A DNA stretch of 64,000 bases from the NCBI GenBank assembly GCA_038134595.1, contig JAYPVM010000006.1:101864-165863 (forward strand), given 5' to 3'. The position numbers and the translations under genes were made by a program. This DNA is from Pseudomonadota bacterium. GTDB lineage: Bacteria > Bdellovibrionota_C > UBA2361 > OMII01. Numbering within the stretch: the stretch's first letter is position 1; the number at the start of each line of letters is the position of its first letter. Below the pieces are notes generated by a model. That model was not told the DNA's origin. It made no database searches and saw only the letters and a list, made by a program, of their open reading frames with translations. Positions 43,298-53,978 of this stretch are shown here, piece after piece.

Positions 43298-44635
43298 CTA
43301 TCGATACAGTGTACTATTCGACTGCTCGAGTGCCAAAACTATCTGCCCCTCAACAAAATCCCTAACCTGCTGATTAGTAACGCTGGTAACTACCTCACTG
43401 GCAAAAGCATGAATTAAGAACGCCCGGGCATCCTCACGACTAATTCCCCTCGATTGAAGATAGAACATAGCTTCCTTGTCGAGCTGTCCCACAGTTGCAC
43501 CGTGTGAGCACTTCACATCATCAGCCCAAATTTTGAGCTGCGGCTTTGTCTCAATGCTTGCATTGGATGAAAGAAGAAGCGATTGATTTGATTGAAACGC
43601 ATTTGTCTTCTGAGCTATCTGGTCTACGATAATTGTTCCAGAGAATACTCCCCTACTCTCATCATCATACACCCCCTTAAAGTGCTCACTACTCTCGGCA
43701 GACGGGGCTCTGTGGTGAATCACCGTTGCGTTATCCACGTGCTGTTTTCCAGCTAGTACCGACAATCCATTTACAAGCCCAAAGGAATTGCTTCCTTCAA
43801 GGTGAAAATCCACATGGTTTCGTGCAAGCAAACTTCCAAATGAAAATACATGTGTACGAACCGTAGATGATTCTTGCTGAGAGATGACCGCATTACTCAC
43901 TTGATAGGCCTTTGTGGACTCTAACTGAATGCGATAGTGATCAACCTGCGCATTCCCCTTTGCCTCTATCTCAAGCGCGGGAAGTGACAAATACGATACT
44001 CCCTCTGCACCCACATGCATTTCAACGATACAACTCTGAGAGCTCTCCTCAGCAGAAACGTATACTCGCGGACTCGCAACAGAGTTAGCGCCACGGGAAG
44101 TTGTTACATACACTATCGAGATAGGCTTACTTGTTGCCACTCCCCTGCCGATTGCTATCTCAACGCCATCTGTCAGTAGTGCCAGAGAAAGCGCTGCAAA
44201 CGCTTCGGTTTTATGCTTCTCTAATGAGCCTACTCGTGTAAGCCCATCCTTTACACCCCGTGTAAGCGTGACTCCCTGCTCAAATTCTTTAGCAGATAGC
44301 TCTTCACTGTACACACCATCGACAAACACAACAGGAACGCAATCTTCACCCAAGGAAACGCCTTGCAGAATCTCCTTTGCCTCTTCCATATCGCTTGCGG
44401 CGATACCAGACACTTCAAAGAAACCCTGTCTGATGGAATCAGTGTTCGTATACTTCCACTCCTCTAAGGTAGAGCTTGGAAATAGCAATGTGCTCCATAC
44501 CTTTCTCGCTTCTGCGATTCGAGCTTTCACATCTACCGACAAGGTAAGTTTTGCTTGTGCTTCTTCGGCACGCACCAACGCAGATTCCACCCACGAAGGG
44601 CCCTCTGCCTGACAGCCATCAATCTCAGCCAACAT
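43298..44635 (-). CDS. sufD: Fe-S cluster assembly protein SufD
   Basis: EEWKYT, TKPQLKIWADDVKCSHGATVGQLD and FYLQSRGI; start ATG 44635 after GGAGAGG. Confidence 0.95.
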   Translation of the reverse strand: MLAEIDGCQAEGPSWVESALVRAEEAQAKLTLSVDVKARIAEARKVWSTLLFPSSTLEEWKYTNTDSIRQGFFEVSGIAASDMEEAKEILQGVSLGEDCVPVVFVDGVYSEELSAKEFEQGVTLTRGVKDGLTRVGSLEKHKTEAFAALSLALLTDGVEIAIGRGVATSKPISIVYVTTSRGANSVASPRVYVSAEESSQSCIVEMHVGAEGVSYLSLPALEIEAKGNAQVDHYRIQLESTKAYQVSNAVISQQESSTVRTHVFSFGSLLARNHVDFHLEGSNSFGLVNGLSVLAGKQHVDNATVIHHRAPSAESSEHFKGVYDDESRGVFSGTIIVDQIAQKTNAFQSNQSLLLSSNASIETKPQLKIWADDVKCSHGATVGQLDKEAMFYLQSRGISREDARAFLIHAFASEVVTSVTNQQVRDFVEGQIVLALEQSNSTLYR

Positions 44636-44648
44636 AGCCTCTCCCACT

Positions 44649-45413
44649 TTACGCACCTACTGATTCACGAAACGCCGAGTACCCTTTCTGCTCAAGTTCA
44701 AGAGCAAGCTCTTTTCCGCCTGACTGAACTATCCTGCCGTCGATCATGACATGAACGACATCTGGAACGATGTAGTTAAGCAACCGCTGATAATGCGTAA
44801 TCACTAACATTCCACGATTTTCGGCGCGAAGCTTGTTGACTCCACTAGCTACTGTTTGAAGCGCATCGATATCGAGCCCTGAATCTGTCTCATCGAGAAT
44901 TGCAAGCTTTGGCTCAAGCACTGCCATCTGGAATACTTCATTTCGCTTCTTCTCTCCTCCGGAGAAACCTTCATTTACAGCTCGTTGAAGAAGCTCATCA
45001 CTAAGCTCTAACTCTTGCGCTTTTTCCTTAACGAACTTGGCAAAATCTCTCACCGACATTGCAGGCAAGCCCCTATGCTCACGAACAGAGTTAAGTGCTG
45101 TGCGTAAGAAATATGTGGTCAACACACCAGGCAATTCAACTGGATACTGAAACGCCAAGAACAAGCCTTCACGAGCCCGAACCTCTGGGTCCATCTCTGA
45201 GAGATCTTTTCCATCGAACTCTATCGAGCCACTTGTTACCTCATAACCCTCTTTACCCCCGAGGATGTTTGCAAGCGTGCTCTTACCTGAGCCGTTTACA
45301 CCCATGATTGCATGAACCTCTCCCGGCTTAATTTCAAGCGAAATGCCTTTTAGGATCTCTCTTCCCTCGTCTTCAATTCGCGCATGTAAATCAGTAATCT
45401 TTAATAAACTCAT
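44649..45413 (-). CDS. sufC: Fe-S cluster assembly ATPase SufC
   Basis: GVNGSGKST, FLAFQYPVE, NEGFSGGEKKRNE and LDETDSGLDIDAL. Confidence 0.97.
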   Translation of the reverse strand: MSLLKITDLHARIEDEGREILKGISLEIKPGEVHAIMGVNGSGKSTLANILGGKEGYEVTSGSIEFDGKDLSEMDPEVRAREGLFLAFQYPVELPGVLTTYFLRTALNSVREHRGLPAMSVRDFAKFVKEKAQELELSDELLQRAVNEGFSGGEKKRNEVFQMAVLEPKLAILDETDSGLDIDALQTVASGVNKLRAENRGMLVITHYQRLLNYIVPDVVHVMIDGRIVQSGGKELALELEQKGYSAFRESVGA

Positions 45414-45422
45414 ACCTTTTAC

Positions 45423-46883
45423 CTATCCTACACTTCCTTCTAAACTGATCTCTAATAAACGTCTCGCCTCGACTGCAAATTCCATCGGCAACTCATTGAG
45501 CACCTCTTTGCAGAACCCGTGAACGATCATCGCAATAGCATCCTCCGTGGAGATGCCACGTTGGTTGCAGTAAAATATTTGGTCTTCTCCTATCTTGGAT
45601 GTTGAAGCTTCGTGTTCAACGGTCGCAGTCGGATTTTTCACTTCAATGTATGGGAATGTATGTGCTCCACACTGGTCTCCCATCAACATTGAATCGCACT
45701 GCGAGAAGTTTCGTGCCCCCTCTGCGTTCTTCATCATCTTTACTAATCCACGATACGCATTCTGACTACGCCCCGCAGATATTCCCTTCGAGATAATAGT
45801 ACTCTTTGTATTACGACCGATGTGAACCATCTTGGTTCCTGTATCGGCTTGCTGCTTATTGTTGGTGATAGCAACTGAGTAAAACTCACCTACTGAGTTG
45901 TCACCTTTTAGGATACAGCTTGGATACTTCCACGTAATCGATGAGCCCGTTTCCACCTGTGTCCAGGAGATCTTAGCATTAGCTCCAGAGCAAAGTCCCC
46001 GCTTGGTGACAAAATTGTAAATCCCACCCTTGCCGTCTTTGTCCCCCGGATACCAATTCTGGATCGTTGAGTACTTAATATGTGCATCCTTGTGGGCAAC
46101 CAATTCAACAACTGCGGCATGAAGTTGGTTCTCATCACGCATAGGAGCAGTACATCCCTCCATATAGCTAACATAACTACCCTCATCTGCAACGATAAGT
46201 GTTCTTTCAAATTGCCCCGTCTTTGCTGCGTTAATTCTAAAGTAAGTTGATAGCTCTAGCGGACACCGAACTCCTTTAGGGACGTAGCAAAATGAGCCGT
46301 CTGTAAATACAGCTGAGTTAAGTGCCGCGTAGAAATTATCGCTGTGTGGCACAACGCTTCCCAAATACTTTTGGACCAGCTCGGGGTGATCGCGAACAGC
46401 CTCTGACATCGAGCAGAAGATAACACCTGCTTCCTCTAGCTGTTTTTTGAATGTCGTAACCACCGACACCGAATCAAAAACTGCGTCAACGGCTATACCA
46501 GCGAGCGCTTTCTGCTCATGCAGCGGTATTCCTAACTTTTCATATGTAGCGAGTAGCTCAGGGTCAACTTCATCTAAGCTCTTTGGGCCTTCAGTCTTCT
46601 TGGGCGCTGAGTAATAGATTATATCTTGATAATCTATCGGTGGATAATCAACGAACGCCCAATGAGGCTCTTTCATCTTTAAGAAGCGCTCATACGCCTT
46701 TAAGCGCCACGCAAGTAGCCACTCAGGCTCACCCTTTTTAGCTGATATCATCCTGATAACATCAGGATTTAACCCCGGAGGAGCGGAATCAGCCTCTATA
46801 TCGGTGACAAAGCCGTACTTATAATCTTGCTTGGTAAAATCTTCTAAAATATCTGTGCTCATATCGTCATTTTTCTCTTTCAT
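45423..46883 (-). CDS. sufB: Fe-S cluster assembly protein SufB
   Basis: [30 protein letters not shown] and LPMEFAVEA; start 46883 or 46862. Confidence 0.97.
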   Translation of the reverse strand: MKEKNDDMSTDILEDFTKQDYKYGFVTDIEADSAPPGLNPDVIRMISAKKGEPEWLLAWRLKAYERFLKMKEPHWAFVDYPPIDYQDIIYYSAPKKTEGPKSLDEVDPELLATYEKLGIPLHEQKALAGIAVDAVFDSVSVVTTFKKQLEEAGVIFCSMSEAVRDHPELVQKYLGSVVPHSDNFYAALNSAVFTDGSFCYVPKGVRCPLELSTYFRINAAKTGQFERTLIVADEGSYVSYMEGCTAPMRDENQLHAAVVELVAHKDAHIKYSTIQNWYPGDKDGKGGIYNFVTKRGLCSGANAKISWTQVETGSSITWKYPSCILKGDNSVGEFYSVAITNNKQQADTGTKMVHIGRNTKSTIISKGISAGRSQNAYRGLVKMMKNAEGARNFSQCDSMLMGDQCGAHTFPYIEVKNPTATVEHEASTSKIGEDQIFYCNQRGISTEDAIAMIVHGFCKEVLNELPMEFAVEARRLLEISLEGSVG

Positions 46884-46989
46884 AGTGAAAGCACGTTGTC
46901 GCCGGAAGCTTGCCAGAGGTAATCACAAATAACCTCAACCAATTCAGCGGGTTGTATACCTCCGGCATCTTGCATCACAGCTATGCGAG

Positions 46990-47022
46990 AGGGTATCAAT
47001 CTTGAACAATCTATTCAAGTAT
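46990..47022 (-). promoter_or_regulatory. Putative suf promoter overlapped by an IscR/Rrf2-like inverted repeat
   Basis: TTGAAT-17-TACCCT on the minus strand; palindrome CTTGAA-N7-TTCAAG at 47001-47019. Confidence 0.55.
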
Positions 47023-47097
47023 CTCACATCCCGGCAAAAATATAAATAGCGTGTATATTCAACATTATAGGTCCTGCGCGAGATTAACTTCATCGTT

Positions 47098-49440
47098 TTA
47101 TTGGGTTTCCCGCCAGAGCCTCGTCAAACTGGCATAAGCTGCCTCTCCAAGACTGTGCCTGATACCCGTTAGAGTTTTAAGGCCCCGCAGGCACATCGCG
47201 CGCTGCTGATCGGTTAGCATCTCTTCACCGCCAGTTTCACTCCCATCCAATCTCTTTATCGCTCCAGCTAACACGCCAGGGTACTTGCGAATCTGAAGAG
47301 AAAAGTGCTTGGGTACTTGATCGATAAAAATATCAGCTTTCGTGAAAATGTGTGAATCAAGTTCTTCAACGTCTCGTAGATGTCCCCTTAGATACGAGAG
47401 TTCTGTTACCATAGTGCCAAGAGCTTCGAGCGCTCGCAATACATATGAAACATGTTCCGCCTCTGTGCCTAGCTCTGCCAACTTTTTTACGAGATCCACC
47501 TCACTACCATAGCCCTGGCGCACAACGTCAACCATCTCTTTTAGAGAACTATTAGCAAGTGTAAACAACTTCGTATCGCGCTCTGTATTTGGGTGAGCCT
47601 TAGTAAGCCTCGTAAGTTTAGCGATATGATCAACTAGAGTGACAAGCGATGTGCCATCAACAATATTTGGCAATTCCTCAAAGGCAGCTTTTCCAACTGC
47701 ATCAACGTACTCTCGCACTCGTTCTTGAAGGGTTTGGTCAACCTCACTAATTCGATCGCCAAGAGGAGTCTGCCTCACGTGGTCGTTGGCAAGCTCTCTT
47801 TCAGCAATCAGCTCCTCACCGCTTAGCGTCAAACGGTGCAGTTGTTGTATAGCAGCTCGGACTGCCCCAATACCATCAGAAAGCCCTGTTTCAAATACAA
47901 CTCTTAGCTCATCAGAACTTGCGTAGCGCGCCACTTTGTCTATCGCCGCCTCAATATTATCAATGTCACGCGTGATGAAATCTAGTTTTTCAGCTGGCAC
48001 TCCACTTCGTGCCGCCAACTGGTCAGCCAACGAATTCTCATAAGCGAAAACCAAAACACGAAACGTTCGAGCGGCAATATCGGCTAACCCATGAGACGAT
48101 GCATTGCGGACCTCACGGGGATCTAATGTACCCATATAAATTGAGCTGGCTTGGGACAAAAAATCAACATAAGCATTCGCAAAAACTTGTGGTGAAACTT
48201 GCTGGACTTGCATTCGCCCGTCCATTGGAGAATACCCAGAGAAGGCAAATGTAAAAAACACGGCGCCATTTTCATTACCACTGAGCCTTAATCCAACCAA
48301 TAACTCAAGCGCCTGTGAAACAATCTGCGCCCGGTCAGGTTTATCCTCACTGAGAGCCAGCCCAAGCTCCGTGGTCGAATCCAAAAGATTTTCCATTATA
48401 CTCTCAAAGGCTTGATCTTCTTGACACCACGAGGCTCTCACGCGATTTTCAAACTCAAGCGCCTCGTCACATGTTTTTGCTAACTGCCCAATCATGGTCC
48501 GCATTCCGGCCACATCACCTGCATTCTTAAACAAATGCCTATTTGTTGTGAATTCCTGTCTCTGCAAATAGTTCTCTGAAACAAGTTCTCGAATAGATCG
48601 CCCTCGGGTTTGTTGAGGCTTATCAGGTCGAATACTTTGGGGCAACGCTCTATCAAAGACACTTGTCTTAAGCCCCTGCTGGAGAAGTCGAAGGCTAGCG
48701 ACACAATCCTTGGCTTCATCAGTTCGCTGATGCCACAATGCAGATGCGAAGCGCTCCTGTACTTGTCCAATCACACTTTCGATTCTGAGCGTCAGATCGT
48801 GACTTGCGCCTAACAGGAGCGATATTGCACGCTCTTCGGCAAGTGTTTGCAATACCTGCTGCACTTTCTCGTTGGTCGTGGAATCACTACCTGTTGCGAT
48901 ACACGGCAAGATCCTTTTAGCAGCATTCTTCAAAACAGACTCTAGCTCTGTTCGATGCTGGTCAATTGCGCTGCGCCACAATGCACTATTGCCTTCAAAG
49001 CTCTTGCCGGTTAGCTCGCAGTACCGCTTAGCCATGTGACGAACTACCTGACTAGCTTCGTCTCCAAGACCCCCCTCAAGCACATACTCTGCGCCCAAGG
49101 CGACGAGCTCCTCTTTGATGGCACATTCAAGAAATCTTTGCTCTACTGAATCCTCTACCGCACTAACATTCTTGGCTCGCTGCGGCAAGGTTACAGAAAA
49201 TTTACCTCCTCTAAAGGCAAGTTCGCACTGGGCCCCTTTTTTTCCTGTCAACGCCACATGTACTGCAAGACTTGATTTACCTGCTTGCTCTACAAAGCGG
49301 TTTAAAAAACTTTGTTCTCTACTAAGAGCCTGCAAAACCGCGTTAACAAGATTACTATCAACCGTGCGCTTATGAGAGGCTGTAAGCTCTACGGTTGTGG
49401 CAGCACTACGATCAATTTGGCGAGGTGTGTTTTCTAACAT
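47098..49440 (-). CDS. Large hypothetical protein, predominantly alpha-helical by composition (780 aa)
   Basis: Long uninterrupted ORF rich in Ala/Leu/Glu; no motif recognised. Confidence 0.75.
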   Translation of the reverse strand: MLENTPRQIDRSAATTVELTASHKRTVDSNLVNAVLQALSREQSFLNRFVEQAGKSSLAVHVALTGKKGAQCELAFRGGKFSVTLPQRAKNVSAVEDSVEQRFLECAIKEELVALGAEYVLEGGLGDEASQVVRHMAKRYCELTGKSFEGNSALWRSAIDQHRTELESVLKNAAKRILPCIATGSDSTTNEKVQQVLQTLAEERAISLLLGASHDLTLRIESVIGQVQERFASALWHQRTDEAKDCVASLRLLQQGLKTSVFDRALPQSIRPDKPQQTRGRSIRELVSENYLQRQEFTTNRHLFKNAGDVAGMRTMIGQLAKTCDEALEFENRVRASWCQEDQAFESIMENLLDSTTELGLALSEDKPDRAQIVSQALELLVGLRLSGNENGAVFFTFAFSGYSPMDGRMQVQQVSPQVFANAYVDFLSQASSIYMGTLDPREVRNASSHGLADIAARTFRVLVFAYENSLADQLAARSGVPAEKLDFITRDIDNIEAAIDKVARYASSDELRVVFETGLSDGIGAVRAAIQQLHRLTLSGEELIAERELANDHVRQTPLGDRISEVDQTLQERVREYVDAVGKAAFEELPNIVDGTSLVTLVDHIAKLTRLTKAHPNTERDTKLFTLANSSLKEMVDVVRQGYGSEVDLVKKLAELGTEAEHVSYVLRALEALGTMVTELSYLRGHLRDVEELDSHIFTKADIFIDQVPKHFSLQIRKYPGVLAGAIKRLDGSETGGEEMLTDQQRAMCLRGLKTLTGIRHSLGEAAYASLTRLWRETQ

Positions 49441-49447
49441 ATACCGG

Positions 49448-49476
49448 GGTATACTAGCGGTCTAACCACTAGTCAA
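49448..49476 (-). promoter_or_regulatory. Putative sigma70 promoter giving a leaderless transcript of the 780-aa gene
   Basis: TTGACT-17-TATACC ending 7 nt before the ATG; no SD sequence; palindrome across the spacer. Confidence 0.55.
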
Positions 49477-49567
49477 AAGCCAAAACCACCCTACAATACT
49501 GACAGATAAAAACAAACTAAATCAAACTCAGAGCAACCAATACAACCTATATGCTTACATCTGATAT

Positions 49568-50662
49568 TTAATCCACACACGACACAGTAATTCCCTGGAA
49601 CGAAGGCAACTCACCCTGCATATCTTGAAACATCCACTTCAACAAACGATTGTAGAAACCAAAAAGTGGCACCTGCTCTGCGATGTGCATCCTTACGAGC
49701 TCACGTCTAGCCTTAAAGCCAGCATGACTTTCCCGCATCAAAAATTCACGTTCCTTCCAGAAATTCATAAGCGGCTGAACTTGAATTTCAAAAACTCCGC
49801 TTCGCCAGGTCACCACTGACTTGATTGCCTGCCAGCCACTCTGCTTTCCGGAGCCGTCTAAATAGTCTTTCACTTCTAGAAAATGAAGTCGGTCAGAGCT
49901 AGCGTTCCCATTGGTGGCGCTTTGTTGTGTCAAATCCCCTGCCGTCCATTCTAATGAGGAAATCCGCTCTTGTAAGGAGCGCATATCTGCGACAGAGCCT
50001 ACTACCAGCTTTATACCGAAAACATCCTTCACATATCGACTCAAGTGTCGAACCTCTTTATCTCGTTTCACAAGTGCATCGAGATTAAAAATTTCATCAA
50101 CAACCTTATTCCATAACTCTTCTTCAGCCTTAATGCGGCTTATCATCTTGAATATTGCATACTCATTCGCTTCGACCGGCTGATACTCAACCATATTTGC
50201 TACAAGCGACGGAGTGATCCATGTCCCGTTTTCGAGGTATTTTATCTTTTGCAGCTGTCGCGTTCCTAAATCAAGATCACTTGTCGAATAGAGATCTTCA
50301 GGTTGTATTCTCTGGGCTAGTGAAAATCTCTCGCCACTTTCTATCAGTTCTCCCACAACAAAACTCTCTATCTTCGTGGACCCAAGAAGTTGTTCGCACA
50401 ACAACTGACAAAGCCGATGAAGATCCTCTTCTCCCTTGCGAATCATTCGATCGAAGGCAGCGCGACATTCACGAATATGTGCTCTCGAGAATGTCAACTC
50501 ACACGACGCGCTAGGGTTTGCCTCTAAAACCTCTTTTACCTGAGCTAAGTAAGAGACCAACTCGTTTAACAAAGGCTCCTGACTCACGATCCAAAGAGGA
50601 GAATGCGAGTTTCTCACCGAGGAGGGTTCGATAACAATTGTAGTATCCTGTTCAGAGTTCAC
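49568..50662 (-). CDS. Divergent RelA/SpoT synthetase-domain (nucleotidyltransferase-fold) protein
   Basis: RIKAEEELWNK, DVFGIKLVV, KDYL..KQSGWQAIK and FEIQVQ occur in the order of the Syn1-4 motifs; likely GTG start at 50662. Confidence 0.75.
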   Translation of the reverse strand: MNSEQDTTIVIEPSSVRNSHSPLWIVSQEPLLNELVSYLAQVKEVLEANPSASCELTFSRAHIRECRAAFDRMIRKGEEDLHRLCQLLCEQLLGSTKIESFVVGELIESGERFSLAQRIQPEDLYSTSDLDLGTRQLQKIKYLENGTWITPSLVANMVEYQPVEANEYAIFKMISRIKAEEELWNKVVDEIFNLDALVKRDKEVRHLSRYVKDVFGIKLVVGSVADMRSLQERISSLEWTAGDLTQQSATNGNASSDRLHFLEVKDYLDGSGKQSGWQAIKSVVTWRSGVFEIQVQPLMNFWKEREFLMRESHAGFKARRELVRMHIAEQVPLFGFYNRLLKWMFQDMQGELPSFQGITVSCVD

Positions 50663-50809
50663 CGCTTCACCAATGTAATAAACGTTTTTCTGATAACCAG
50701 AGCATCTCACATTCTATGCTCTACCTGGTACTACCGTCTTGCTATAGACACGCTGCGTTCGCCGTAAGTTGAGATGATAAAAAATGCAGGGAACCCGCAA
50801 ACGAACTTA

Positions 50810-50882
<73 letters not shown>

Positions 50883-51057
50883 AATGGATGGGACAATACC
50901 ACATTAGGCGAAAATTGAAACTCTGTAGAGCGCAAAATAAATAAATATTTAATGCCACTTACCGCTCAGCCATTACCCATCTGGAGAAAATAGACGTACT
51001 ATCAACCGCCTCTACGAAAAGATTTTTTGAGGGCACCAATGCGTAGCAATCATCGTC

Positions 51058-51416
51058 TCATATGTTTTTAAACGAGGTTAGGACAACAACTTCCCCACAA
51101 TACACACAGATCCGTTTACCTGCAGCCATCGTCGGATCACAGCTCAAACATCTTTGGAGCAGAGGCTTGTATTTTCCGCCTAGCTTTCCATCTCGCAAAT
51201 CAATCTCATTCACTTTCCGGGCAAGCTCTTCCTCGGAGATGCCGAACTTCTCATTTAATAACTCAAAGAGTCCCTGACACAAAAGTGCTAACCTGTCGAT
51301 TCGGGCCGGAGTGTCGGTAGCTAAAACAGCCGATGTGTCGTTAGCGGATTTCTCTCTTTCTATATCAATCTCGGTAGAAAGACTCCCTCGTATACAATCA
51401 AGAATAAATTTTTCAT
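51058..51416 (-). pseudogene. Small Zn-ribbon protein gene, apparently frameshifted near its start
   Basis: Protein-like frame IDRLALLCQGLFELL..EIDLRDGKLGGK..CLSC..CVYCG has no ATG of its own; GAGGGGAG-ATG at 51416 is one base out of frame across an A5 run. Confidence 0.5.
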
Positions 51417-52044
51417 AAATCTCCCCTCAAAACGCCTTTTACCTCTAAAAGCACACCCCTAGAATTTATACGTTTGACCTTGCAGTGTTGGAAACGACAA
51501 CAGATAGGACAATCAAAAAAAAAGAATCAAATATGTCACTGCTAGATAAACTTGGAGTAGGAAAAACTAGTGCCAGTTTACTTTTTCCACTGTGGTAAAT
51601 TCATGCATATTTTAAAACTGTTCTTCTCCAAGGCAGAACAAGCTGCATATCATAAGCCTTTTGGCTCCTTTCTATCAAAGCAATCAAATATCGTCATAAA
51701 CGTTCAAGACGCTCACTCAATTATGGAATTGTGTGTGAGCTATTTATTTTGTCGTTGGAAATTTCGATATCGGCACAGCCTCGGCTCTCCATGAACTGTT
51801 GAAAGTCTATCTTGGAGCTCAAAGCTCCCCATCGTCGCAGAAACCTGACACCCGGAAAGGCCTTGCGGAGAGATCGACTACCGCACGTCAAAGATTGGCC
51901 CTTTGTACACTCTCACTTTTTAAAGTCACTCTAGTAATTGTAGGGCTCTTTGGATGATTCTTGCTCGACAAGCCTCCCATGGGTATAGTCTTCGCACTGC
52001 CACCCCTTGCATTACTGCTTCAAGACTATCTCGGCTAGCTATTT

Positions 52045-52596
52045 ATGAAGATCTTCGAAATCGGCGTCATGAAAACGGGAACGACCTCGCTTGGAAAGGC
52101 CTACGAAATATTGGGATTTAAGCATATGGGTTGGAACCCTGCATTACACGCTGAGTGGAAGCAAGATAGATTAGAGAACATCTTTAACACCATCGATGAG
52201 TACGAGGCTTTCGAAGATGGTCCGTGGCGCAACATTGACTTTATGCTACTAGACAGCCGGTACCCCAATAGTAAATTCATATTACTTGAAAGAGATAACG
52301 ATAGCTGGATAAAGAGCTTAGAATATCACTGCTCGCCGAAATACAACGTAAATGAAGTTACTCCACAGTATCTCGACGTTCAATGGATAGAGAATAGAAG
52401 TGCACAAATTGAGAGAGAATTAGAATACAAGGAAAGAAAATACAAAACGGTAAAGGAATATTTCCGAAATCGACCTGACGATTTACTCGTTATGAATATT
52501 TCTGAAGGATGGACTCCGCTTTGCAACTTTCTAGGTTGCCCACAACCAACTTGTCCATTCCCTAAAATCAACGTCTCTCATACAGTTAGAAAATGA
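52045..52596 (+). CDS. Sulfotransferase-family protein (Sulfotransfer_4-like)
   Basis: IGVMKTGTTSL PAPS-binding loop, YPNSKFILLERD..W..S, EGWTPLCNFLG and PFPKIN. Confidence 0.88.
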   Translation: MKIFEIGVMKTGTTSLGKAYEILGFKHMGWNPALHAEWKQDRLENIFNTIDEYEAFEDGPWRNIDFMLLDSRYPNSKFILLERDNDSWIKSLEYHCSPKYNVNEVTPQYLDVQWIENRSAQIERELEYKERKYKTVKEYFRNRPDDLLVMNISEGWTPLCNFLGCPQPTCPFPKINVSHTVRK

Positions 52597-53096
52597 ATTC
52601 AACTAAAATCCTGGTAGATTTCAAACCACATACATCCAAGCCATACAATTAATCATACGGCTCTATTTTCATCTGCATTTTTGATTCTTACCAACCCTCA
52701 GACAGAACTTTGATACGCTCGACCAGCCTCTTACAAGACTAAAAGATAAGCGGCCAACAAACGCTGGGAGCTAACCTCCCGCTTTACTGTTGACTCGCAT
52801 CTTAACCCTATGGAGCAAGTGAATCTGGTTCGTTAGAATCTGCAAGCCCTTCCGGTCTTGCCGTGGTGGTCGGAACAGCGGTTGATGTAGTGCCCAGAAT
52901 GTCGGCTTACTAGATGCAAATCAAACTCGATGTCTGCTGAAAAATTATACTACCGGCAGTACACTTTTTATAGCCGAAGATGTGATTTATTGTCATAGTG
53001 ATAAAAGTTGTTCTTGATACATTTTAAACAAGTTGGCTGGAAGAGCGTGTTCCGCTAAAACGGGGACTAACAGGGATGATTGAGGCGGGATAATTC

Positions 53097-53978
53097 ATGG
53101 CTGTAGCGCGAACTATCAAACATCGAGCGGCTATAATTGCTGTAGAAGAATTGAATCGAAGTTTCGACAATAATCATATTTGTTGTTGGAACAGCTTCGT
53201 TCATATTCAAGAATGGGCATACGAGGCCTACAGACAATCATTTACGGAGAAGAAAAAAATCATCTGTGCTGAAACGCCGTATATGTCTCGAGAATACTTC
53301 AATGCTCCGGACAATCGGCCCGATGAAGAGCTATATGTCAGAGTGGGCTGGGGAGATGTGTCAACATATCATCCGAAGCAGTTCAACATCAAAAGGCAAC
53401 ATAGCCCCCAACGATTTGAGGGCATTCTTAAAAAACAGAACAGACGTTTATCCTCCGACTGGAGAAAAACAGGAGACCATATCCTATTTCCGTTGCAAGT
53501 ACCTTGCGATTCGTCTCTGCGAGGTCTCGATATCTGGGCCGCGGCACAATATGATTTAATCAAGCTACGGCAAAATACTGACAGGGATATCATTCTGACT
53601 ATGCACCCCGATACTCAAAATAGAGAGTATGCCAAGAAAAGATTTTCGGATAGCAATCAACATTTTGAGAAATTCAAGGAAGTCGTTGCGATGGTCGGAG
53701 CAGAAATATCAAATGTGGATACTCATCAGTTATTAGAAAACTGTTGGTGCGTGGTTACATATTCTAGTGGGGTCTCATTCGATGCTATTCTGCGGGGCAT
53801 ACCAGTAATAACAATGAGCAATAGGTCGTTTGCAGCTCCTATCTGCTCCCATTACATAGAAGAGATAGAGAGTCCTAAAATGGTTGATAGAATCTCATGG
53901 TTTAGCAACGTAGCCTACTGCGAGTGGAATATTGAGGAAATTAAAAGAGGGGTATGTAGAGAGCACTTATTATCCTGA
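53097..53978 (+). CDS. Capsule polysaccharide biosynthesis protein (KpsS/Capsule_synth-like glycosyltransferase)
   Basis: ILFPLQVPCDSSL, TMHP and VVTYSSGVSFDAILRGIPVI. Confidence 0.7.
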   Translation: MAVARTIKHRAAIIAVEELNRSFDNNHICCWNSFVHIQEWAYEAYRQSFTEKKKIICAETPYMSREYFNAPDNRPDEELYVRVGWGDVSTYHPKQFNIKRQHSPQRFEGILKKQNRRLSSDWRKTGDHILFPLQVPCDSSLRGLDIWAAAQYDLIKLRQNTDRDIILTMHPDTQNREYAKKRFSDSNQHFEKFKEVVAMVGAEISNVDTHQLLENCWCVVTYSSGVSFDAILRGIPVITMSNRSFAAPICSHYIEEIESPKMVDRISWFSNVAYCEWNIEEIKRGVCREHLLS

